From a virus (taxonomy: Duplodnaviria > Heunggongvirae > Uroviricota > Caudoviricetes): a DNA stretch of 64,000 nt. How positions within the stretch are numbered: the first letter of the stretch is position 1; each line of letters starts with the position of its first letter. The position numbers and the translations under genes were made by a program. The stretch is taken from positions 83,287 to 147,286 of IMG/VR virus record IMGVR_UViG_3300031143_000003; one strand, given 5' to 3'. Below, piece by piece: positions 58,261-64,000 of this stretch. Below the pieces are notes generated by a model. The model ran no database searches. It had not been told where the DNA came from and was given only the letters and a program-made list of their open reading frames with translations.

Positions 58261-58491
58261 TTAATCTTTTTTTGTTATGAAGTTACTAGATAATTTGCGT
58301 AGCGCCGAAGATAAATGTTCGTTCAAATTTGAACCAGTTCTAGCCATTTCTTCACAGATCAATTCTCGAATTTCGTATAATTCTGCGTTAGATAGATCTT
58401 CCATATTATTTATCTGCTTTAAATCCAGAGATTGGCTTTCTTTCAATATCCAAATCAGATATTGTATGTTCGATTGCGTCCATTCTGTCAA
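58261..58491 (-). CDS. Hypothetical protein (76 aa; start may be at internal Met 58404)
   Basis: Overlaps the upstream ORF by 86 nt in another frame. The internal start MEDLSNAE would remove the overlap. Confidence 0.35.
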   Translation of the reverse strand: MTEWTQSNIQYLIWILKESQSLDLKQINNMEDLSNAELYEIRELICEEMARTGSNLNEHLSSALRKLSSNFITKKD

Positions 58492-58684
58492 GAATAATTG
58501 CTAGTGCTTCGTTTGTACTTTCAACGATCGTCTTATCAGCAGCCTCGAGAGATTTGATCTTTGGATTGCTCTTAACGTTTAGCTTGTTCCAAACCATGAA
58601 ACCAAATATTGTTGGAGCTAATACTAATCCAATACCAGATGCTTTACCTAGCATGTCTAAAAATAATGTTAATTCTGTTTCCAT
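58406..58684 (-). CDS. Small membrane protein (92 aa)
   Basis: TM segment GIGLVLAPTIFGFMVW. Follows a conserved intergenic element. Confidence 0.45.
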   Translation of the reverse strand: METELTLFLDMLGKASGIGLVLAPTIFGFMVWNKLNVKSNPKIKSLEAADKTIVESTNEALAIILDRMDAIEHTISDLDIERKPISGFKADK

Positions 58685-58763
58685 AATGTTGTTTGATATG
58701 TTAATTAATAAATGTAAATATAAGCATTAAGTTTGACACGGGAAAATTATAGTGAACTTATTT
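58685..58763 (-). promoter_or_regulatory. Conserved intergenic element, type 2
   Basis: ...aaatgtaaatataagcattaagtttgacacgggaaaattatagtgaacttattttcaaat. Confidence 0.5.
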
Positions 58764-58979
58764 TCAAATTAGTTTCATATCAACCAACTTGTTTACGACA
58801 ACTGCTACGTCCCTATGCGTTGCAATAACCGATCCATCTATTTCTAGTACCCATTTTCTACTGACTCTACTTAGCCAGATGTTGATGTCTCGATCGTCAT
58901 GATCAACTGATACAAATGTGTCGTTCACTGCGTTTGCAGATATAATGTCTTCGACTAATCGAGTTGCTGCATTTTCCAT
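58764..58979 (-). CDS. Hypothetical protein (71 aa)
   Basis: ORF. Confidence 0.4.
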   Translation of the reverse strand: MENAATRLVEDIISANAVNDTFVSVDHDDRDINIWLSRVSRKWVLEIDGSVIATHRDVAVVVNKLVDMKLI

Positions 58980-58984
58980 AATAG

Positions 58985-59191
58985 TTATTTTATAAATTCA
59001 AGTGTTGATGGTAGATCTACGAGTTCAAAATCTCGTCCGTTCCATCTAGCCGAGTGGCCGTTGTTCAATTCAACGAGTGGAAAATTTCCATCGTGAACCA
59101 GTACTACTTCAACATTGACGTAGTTTCTTGCGGTTGAGGAGCATGGCACGATATATTGTGCTGAATCTCCAATTTGGATATCATTTTTCAT
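58985..59191 (-). CDS. Hypothetical protein (start reassigned to MKNDIQIG)
   Basis: The track ORF 58985..59245 overlaps the upstream gene by 47 nt. The internal Met removes the overlap. Confidence 0.35.
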   Translation of the reverse strand: MKNDIQIGDSAQYIVPCSSTARNYVNVEVVLVHDGNFPLVELNNGHSARWNGRDFELVDLPSTLEFIK

Positions 59192-59198
59192 ATTGATT

Positions 59199-59498
59199 TT
59201 ATATGTGTTGTTTCCATTCTGGGTGAAGGTTATGGTGAGCATCATCTAAATATACGATGGTTTTGAAATCGCAGTATGGATCATCGATACCCAATTCCCT
59301 TGCTGTTAATTGGAATATGATACCTTTCTTAGTTAAGCTACCAAGAACTCCTCTAATAGATTTAGCTGGAATTCCAGTTTGTCTAACTAGATCTGCATCT
59401 GAAACATCGCTGAATCCAGGCTCAGCGTATAATCCTTGTATTAGTTCAGTTAGTACCTGTGTTTCTAATGTTGTGATGTTGAGATTGTGATTTTCCAT
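59199..59498 (-). CDS. Hypothetical protein (99 aa)
   Basis: ORF directly downstream of a conserved element. Confidence 0.45.
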   Translation of the reverse strand: MENHNLNITTLETQVLTELIQGLYAEPGFSDVSDADLVRQTGIPAKSIRGVLGSLTKKGIIFQLTARELGIDDPYCDFKTIVYLDDAHHNLHPEWKQHI

Positions 59499-59600
59499 GT
59501 GGTAGGTATTTAGTTATTGTTAATTTGTTATAGTTAAATATAAGCATTAAGTTTGACATAAAAAAACTTTATGTTAACTATTTTCAAATTAATTTAAGTG
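59499..59600 (-). promoter_or_regulatory. Conserved intergenic element, type 2
   Basis: ...gttatagttaaatataagcattaagtttgacataaaaaaactttatgttaactattttcaaat. Confidence 0.5.
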
Positions 59601-59903
59601 ATCCCAGTAGGAATCGAGCCAGTATTCTTCAGTTACCTAATATTCAAACTTGGTTTTGATGGACTATTCTCTTCCCGCTAATAGCTTCCAATTTCCAGTA
59701 TCACCACGGGGAGGTGTTTGATTGATACCATTTTTAATATTATTCTACTAGTTCGTATACGTCGTATGGTTCGTTAACTCCATTTGTGAATCTGTTAACT
59801 GTAATCACCTTGTACTTGTCGCCGTTTATGTAAATGAAATCGTTCATAATGTGTAAGTTTTAATTTGTATAAGTAAATATAATCATTTAGTCTCGAGCTA
59901 CAA

Positions 59904-60299
59904 TTATGACGCTGGTCCGATTATTGATTCCATTTGCTCTGCCATTCGATTGATAACTGTTTGGCGTTTAACTTCAAGATTTATAAGGCGTTCCAGCTTT
60001 GATGAATAAAAAGCAAGGTGCTTTGTGTTTAGCTGTTCGACAGCCTGATTAACTTTGTGCTGATAAAAACCAATCTTGCCCTGGTAGTGTGCTGTCTCCG
60101 TCTCTTCAACTTCGTACGTTATATACCTAGTTTCGTCTGTGTCAATCTGAACGATTCGTTTAACGTGTTGGTCCAATGAAATATCGTGACCTAATGACTG
60201 AACTGGTACATGAGCACCTTCAGCGAGTAATCCATACTGATTAGCATCGATGATAAATGTTTGGTCGAATTTTGTTGTGATCTGGTAGGTAGTAGTCAT
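59904..60299 (-). CDS. Hypothetical protein
   Basis: The track ORF 59904..60350 starts inside the conserved element (MSNLMLIFNYNKLNKST). Start reassigned to MTTTYQ. Confidence 0.45.
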   Translation of the reverse strand: MTTTYQITTKFDQTFIIDANQYGLLAEGAHVPVQSLGHDISLDQHVKRIVQIDTDETRYITYEVEETETAHYQGKIGFYQHKVNQAVEQLNTKHLAFYSSKLERLINLEVKRQTVINRMAEQMESIIGPAS

Positions 60300-60378
60300 A
60301 GTTGATTTGTTTAATTTGTTATAGTTAAATATAAGCATTAAGTTTGACATAAAAAAACTTTTATGTACTTATTTTCAA
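60300..60378 (-). promoter_or_regulatory. Conserved intergenic element, type 2
   Basis: gttgatttgtttaatttgttatagttaaatataagcattaagtttgacataaaaaaacttttatgtacttattttcaat. Confidence 0.5.
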
Positions 60379-60660
60379 TTAAAATATCAACATACTAACT
60401 GGAACATTGTAACTGTTACCAGCATCATCTACAGCGACTATCTTAGTGCTATTGATCTTCGTAATAACAAAGTCGGTATTTCTACATTTTTTGTGATCGA
60501 TTCCAACTTTCATTCCAACTCTTAGTAGTGCTTTAGTTGAACGATCAGATGTTGATTTCTTCGCTTTAATTGAGCCGATAACCAAGATGTTTAGGCTACG
60601 TAATTGCTCGATTGGAAGATCTGCGGTTGAAATTGCTTTAACGATTTGTGCGTAAGTCAT
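60379..60660 (-). CDS. Hypothetical protein
   Basis: The track ORF 60379..60699 starts inside the conserved element (MLIFNYNKLNKPT). Start reassigned to MTYAQIVK. Confidence 0.45.
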   Translation of the reverse strand: MTYAQIVKAISTADLPIEQLRSLNILVIGSIKAKKSTSDRSTKALLRVGMKVGIDHKKCRNTDFVITKINSTKIVAVDDAGNSYNVPVSMLIF

Positions 60661-60760
60661 AGTAGGTTTGTTTAATTTGTTATAGTTAAATATAAGCATA
60701 ATAATTTAACCGGAACAATCCTATGCAATTATTTTCAATAAGTTATTAACAATTTGGAAT
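60661..60760 (-). promoter_or_regulatory. Conserved intergenic element, type 1
   Basis: agtaggtttgtttaatttgttatagttaaatataagcataataatttaaccggaacaatcctatgcaattattttcaataagttattaacaat. Confidence 0.55.
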
Positions 60761-60764
60761 GTTG

Positions 60765-60857
60765 TAAGGGAGGCAGGACTCGAACCTGCGCGATAAGGAT
60801 TTGTTAGCCTTATCTCTCTTATTTGCGTATAGCGTTTCCCAGTTTCGCCACTCCCTT
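60765..60857 (-). tRNA. tRNA-like element (93 nt) with canonical acceptor stem and T-arm but atypical internal arms; possible class-II tRNA or tRNA-like RNA
   Basis: Minus strand AAGGGAG...GCAGG-TTCGAGT-CCTGC-CTCCCTT-A. Perfect 7-bp acceptor and 5-bp T-stem with TTCGAGT loop. A 3-bp D-stem (GCG/CGC) with GG-containing loop, and a 7-bp hairpin GATAAGG-CTAACAAAT-CCTTATC. No standard 5-bp/7-nt anticodon arm could be placed. Confidence 0.4.
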
Positions 60858-60871
60858 ATTTGCCACTAATA

Positions 60872-61294
60872 TTATTCTAATTCTACTAAGGCTTTAACTA
60901 ACGCCTTCAATTTAGAAAAGTTGACTACCACGAATCCAGTTGAATCTACAACATGGAACGGTTCAAGACCGCCAACATCAGTTGACGTTAGATCTAATCC
61001 ATGTCGATCGAATGTATAGTATATAAATCCTGGTGCACCTGGTTCCGGTTCCTGATATATTTCGCTGAATCCAATACTGAGTAGGGATTTGGGCGTAATG
61101 TCCTGATTCTCGACTTGCTCCAAATGTGCATCAATGGCTTCATCAAATAATTCTTGCGAGTATGTTAACGTAAACGCAGCGTCGCATGTTGCAGCTTGCC
61201 AATCAGATTCATCTTGTTCCAATTGAGTTGGTCTTGGACGCGTAAACGTTTTTGTTTGTCTAAGCTCGTCCATTGTTCGTTTTTTACTTAACAT
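60872..61294 (-). CDS. Hypothetical acidic protein (140 aa)
   Basis: ORF. Confidence 0.45.
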   Translation of the reverse strand: MLSKKRTMDELRQTKTFTRPRPTQLEQDESDWQAATCDAAFTLTYSQELFDEAIDAHLEQVENQDITPKSLLSIGFSEIYQEPEPGAPGFIYYTFDRHGLDLTSTDVGGLEPFHVVDSTGFVVVNFSKLKALVKALVELE

Positions 61295-61296
61295 AA

Positions 61297-61536
61297 TTAG
61301 TATCGTTTTGGTATAAGATTAACAATTGGACCCTCGCTACCACTTGCCACATTCGCGGTCAATATGATACTGAGCAAGTAATCCTTTTCACTGATCGTCG
61401 CTTCGCTAACTATCAAGCTTAATAATTCGGCATTGTTCGTACATGCTTCAACTTTTGCATTCCAACTTTCGTTCATATGAAACGGCATGCGATAAATCTC
61501 GCCTCGTAGATAACCTATTGTAAATTTGTTTTGCAT
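61297..61536 (-). CDS. Hypothetical protein (79 aa)
   Basis: ORF downstream of a conserved element. Confidence 0.4.
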   Translation of the reverse strand: MQNKFTIGYLRGEIYRMPFHMNESWNAKVEACTNNAELLSLIVSEATISEKDYLLSIILTANVASGSEGPIVNLIPKRY

Positions 61537-61620
61537 AATGTGTGTGTTTAATTATTATATGTAAATATAAGCAATAAAATTGACATGGTAAAACATTCGT
61601 CAACTTATTTCGCAATCGCC
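61537..61620 (-). promoter_or_regulatory. Conserved intergenic element, type 2 variant
   Basis: ...ttatatgtaaatataagcaataaaattgacatggtaaaacattcgtcaacttatttcgcaat. Confidence 0.45.
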
Positions 61621-61723
61621 CACCGATAATAACCTAAGCGGAGACCGCCATACCAGGACAGATTCCAGGCAGGTCTATCTTATAAGTATTACAATAACCC
61701 TCGATCGTTAGCGTCTCACGATG

Positions 61724-62029
61724 CTACTGGTCTTGCATGAATACGTTGAAATGATCAGGCATACCACATGCGGTTAACCGTTCACAAATAGCTAACCGTG
61801 CTTCCGCACATAATTTGCTACTCAGTAGTATTTGGTTACCCATGTCAAAGCGTGATATAACGACCATCATATTGTTTTCAACGTTATTGACGTCCTTGAT
61901 GTACTTCACCTTTTCAGTGACATATCCATATTCGTCGGAATGGTTCTCTTCCCAAATGCAAATAGAATTTGCCATGACTTCGTCAAAAACAGCTTGATCT
62001 GGGGTTGTGTAATATAAATTTGCTTTCAT
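61724..62029 (-). CDS. Hypothetical protein (101 aa)
   Basis: ORF. Confidence 0.4.
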   Translation of the reverse strand: MKANLYYTTPDQAVFDEVMANSICIWEENHSDEYGYVTEKVKYIKDVNNVENNMMVVISRFDMGNQILLSSKLCAEARLAICERLTACGMPDHFNVFMQDQ

Positions 62030-62040
62030 ATTAGTGTATG

Positions 62041-62373
62041 TTAGTTGTTAATTTTCAATGTAACGGATAGATCATCTTGGACGTCGTATGCCATTTCAAA
62101 TTCGACTTGCTTCCAATAGCTATCGTCAGTTTTGTACTTGTGTACATCAATTGCCTTCTTAGCTAAATCAATTGTATCGAAATATGTTGGATCGTCTTCG
62201 TACCAAACTAAACCCTTAAAGCCAATGCTTTTGATGATGGTTGGAGATGTGAAGGTGATCATGCGGATGAACCGCTTAAATAATGATGTACCGTCCTGGG
62301 TACCAACGTATGCGGCATATCGGTCCGTACCGTTTCGCAATGTTTGTTTTTTAATGTAGTACTTGTGTTTCAT
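62041..62373 (-). CDS. Hypothetical protein (110 aa)
   Basis: ORF. Its 5' leader contains copy 1 of the 21-bp direct repeat that flanks denV. Confidence 0.45.
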   Translation of the reverse strand: MKHKYYIKKQTLRNGTDRYAAYVGTQDGTSLFKRFIRMITFTSPTIIKSIGFKGLVWYEDDPTYFDTIDLAKKAIDVHKYKTDDSYWKQVEFEMAYDVQDDLSVTLKINN

Positions 62374-62387
62374 GTTTAGTCCTGTTT

Positions 62388-62408
62388 AGTTAAAATATCC
62401 TCTGTCAT
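62388..62408 (-). repeat. 21-bp direct repeat copy 1 (tagttaaaatatcctctgtcat), downstream flank of denV
   Basis: Identical 21-mer to 62798-62818. Together the two copies bracket denV. Confidence 0.85.
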
Positions 62409-62429
62409 ATGCTTTATTTAAAAATGTTC

Positions 62430-62789
62430 TTATTTGTTTAGTCTTTCGTTTATTCTTTCTCTAATTATTTTTGCATCATTTGATCTAACTTCGTAATCAT
62501 TCATTAGATATTCGGGTACATCATTCCAAGCTTCAATATAATTTTGCACATTAAAACCCCGTTTAATGCATTCTTCATATATGATAACATATCTCTTCCT
62601 AAGATACAATAGCTTATTATAAAAGAATTTAACGTGCCCGGTGCCTAGTTTAAATCTGTCTGGAATTCCATCCATATTATATTTACCATTAGCAACACAA
62701 TTTGGTATTCGCTTAATTTCTCTATGCTCAGCTAGTAAGTGTTTATTAACTAATTCAGCTGGCGGTATACCTACGTTTATTCTTGTCAT
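62430..62789 (-). CDS. denV: Pyrimidine dimer DNA glycosylase (T4 endonuclease V)
   Basis: 119 aa. MTRINVGIPPAELVNKHLLAEHREIKRI...GTGHVKFFYNKLLYLRKR...CIKRGFNV aligns along its length with T4 EndoV [27 protein letters not shown]...GAGHVTFFYDKLEFLRKR...CLKRGFNI. Confidence 0.9.
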   Translation of the reverse strand: MTRINVGIPPAELVNKHLLAEHREIKRIPNCVANGKYNMDGIPDRFKLGTGHVKFFYNKLLYLRKRYVIIYEECIKRGFNVQNYIEAWNDVPEYLMNDYEVRSNDAKIIRERINERLNK

Positions 62790-62797
62790 AGTTGTCT

Positions 62798-62818
62798 AGT
62801 TAAAATATCCTCTGTCAT
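62798..62818 (-). repeat. 21-bp direct repeat copy 2, upstream flank of denV
   Basis: Identical 21-mer to 62388-62408. Confidence 0.85.
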
Positions 62819-63351
62819 GCAGCTGTAACCAAGCGTTGCAGTCTGATATGGTGCCTTGATATATGCTTTCGCCGTCCAATGAGCTTACTACCTCATACGT
62901 GCTATTGATAAATAATCTTACGTAGTACTTCATCTTAGTCTTGCTCTATATGGTTATACACTAACTTACAAACCCATGCATTCTCAAATTCATACATACC
63001 ACAGGTTTCAGCCGCTTCGTCTGATGTATCGTAGTAGTTGATGTGTCCGCCCTTACTCTTCATGAAGTCCATGGTCCTAAGGTCTATGATTACGTATTGA
63101 TCTTTCATGATTTGTCTTCTTTATTCTGTTTATGCTTACCCTTTCGAGTATACTTTTTCTTGCTACGATGTACTGCTGGACGGGTCGCGTCCCATATATC
63201 TTGCAGTTCTATTTTTACCTTCTTCATAATATTCCATTAGTTATACGTATATAACGTGATCTTTTCAATTGCCCAAATTAATGTTATCGCAATTGCATGA
63301 CTACCACATATCGTTAATACTGTGTATTTAATAAATTTACGTTTGCTCATC

Positions 63352-63792
63352 TTATTTTTGTTTTATAATGTTTCTTAATTTGCCTTCATCTAGTAGTACG
63401 TTCATCTTATGAAGTCGAGGGCTGCTGAACCCATAGACCTTCTTTACCCAAATCATTCCTTTGTTTAGGTATCTGTTACTATCTAGCTGCAACTCCTCGT
63501 ATTCGAATCCTATTCTGAAGTCTTCGATAACTAGCGGTAAGTCTTGTTCCATCTTATTCTCAGTTAGTTCTGCAATCCTATTCTTTAAGTCGACCCATAT
63601 CCAGCCATAATCTTCAATTGCGCAGTTATAAGGAAACTTTGCCTCGATAGCTTCCAACTCCTCTATGACCAGTTGGTTAGCTAATTCCATGATCCAATCG
63701 ATCTGCTCATCGCTAAGGTCTGTACATAAGGCATCGCAATAAGGTACCTTACATCCTCTACACTGTAGTCTTTCCTTTAGCTTAGCCTTCAT
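63352..63792 (-). CDS. Cys-containing hypothetical protein (146 aa)
   Basis: ORF with CRGCKVPYCDALC near the N-terminus. Preceded by the AACTAAAACAAGACTAAG-ATG leader. Confidence 0.45.
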   Translation of the reverse strand: MKAKLKERLQCRGCKVPYCDALCTDLSDEQIDWIMELANQLVIEELEAIEAKFPYNCAIEDYGWIWVDLKNRIAELTENKMEQDLPLVIEDFRIGFEYEELQLDSNRYLNKGMIWVKKVYGFSSPRLHKMNVLLDEGKLRNIIKQK

Positions 63793-63898
63793 CTTAGTCT
63801 TGTTTTAGTTGTTTAAAAATAGTATCGCCAAATAAAACACCCCAGTTGCCAATATTGAAGCTACGCACCATTCAAACAAGTCATTTTTCTTCTTCATC

Positions 63899-64000
63899 TT
63901 AGTCTTGTTTTAGTTCTTTGATTCTTTGATTCAATGCTTTTGCAATTTCCTCCACAATAAAACCATCATACATACTGTCAATCATATCTATGGCATTTTC
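63899..64000 (-). CDS. C-terminal fragment of a small protein paralogous to the 52437..52655 product (N-terminus beyond the window)
   Basis: The minus strand translates to ...ENAIDMIDSMYDGFIVEEIAKALNQRIKELKQD*, matching the ...NLKNRIKELKQE* C-terminus of the 72-aa protein. Confidence 0.4.
   Translation of the reverse strand, partial: ENAIDMIDSMYDGFIVEEIAKALNQRIKELKQD

Noticed and set aside
56414-58684. Overlapping ORF pairs (56414..56662/56625..57008, 58261..58491/58406..58684)
   Set aside because: Long overlaps are more likely start-codon over-extension by the ORF finder than genuine overlapping genes. Alternative internal starts are noted.
51700-60699. Shared N-terminus MLIFNYNKLNKPTM on four track ORFs, suggesting a protein family
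   Set aside because: The shared residues are the in-frame translation of the conserved intergenic element (gcttatatttaactataacaaattaaacaaacctact). Nucleotide identity extends outside any frame, and true starts follow at the next Met.
2569-64000. All remaining + strand ORFs in the track (e.g. 2569..2886, 13977..14321, 23463..23840, 41023..41475, 43451..43831, 53437..53793)
   Set aside because: Each sits entirely inside a longer minus-strand gene with recognisable homology or consistent gene packing. The genome is AT-rich with low-complexity coding, so long antisense open frames arise by chance. No + strand gene has SD or promoter support.
1-64000. CRISPR arrays, integrase/transposase, or defence-island hallmarks
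   Set aside because: No spacer-repeat architecture and no recognisable integrase or transposase. The content is a lytic T4-like phage genome.

Overview
This window is a very AT-rich segment of a T4-like myovirus genome, with essentially every gene on the minus strand. Reading in the direction of transcription (high to low coordinates) it contains five blocks. (1) About 13 kb of small, tightly packed early-type genes (51-64 kb), each preceded by copies of a conserved ~90-bp intergenic element. Recognisable products there are DenV (pyrimidine dimer glycosylase), a polynucleotide kinase/phosphatase (Pnk)-phosphatase-domain homologue, a deoxyribonucleotidase, a metallophosphoesterase, an SPFH-domain (stomatin/prohibitin family) lipoprotein, one tRNA and tRNA-like elements. 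(2) A lytic transglycosylase, an HD-domain phosphohydrolase and a gp55-like late sigma factor. (3) A baseplate module (spike-like protein, gp25/W, gp6/J and wedge proteins) followed by a long run of giant fibre/structural genes: 1149, 551, 358, 657, 1199, 390, 2011, 1261 and 593 aa. Among them are a tail fibre carrying a C-terminal Peptidase_S74-type intramolecular chaperone domain and a 2011-aa protein with five tandem ~160-aa domains. (4) Embedded in the structural block is a replication/recombination island: a GIY-YIG nuclease, a DnaG-type primase and a single-polypeptide Mre11-Rad50 (SbcD-SbcC) fusion. (5) At the left end sits a putative RNA-repair module: a Pnk-like 5'-kinase overlapping a 759-aa protein that joins an NMN adenylyltransferase (NMNAT)-type nucleotidyltransferase to a ligase-like region. 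Its cognate Pnk-phosphatase homologue is encoded ~48 kb away. Beyond these lie small membrane proteins and the 5' half of the large terminase. All + strand ORFs in the track are antisense artefacts.
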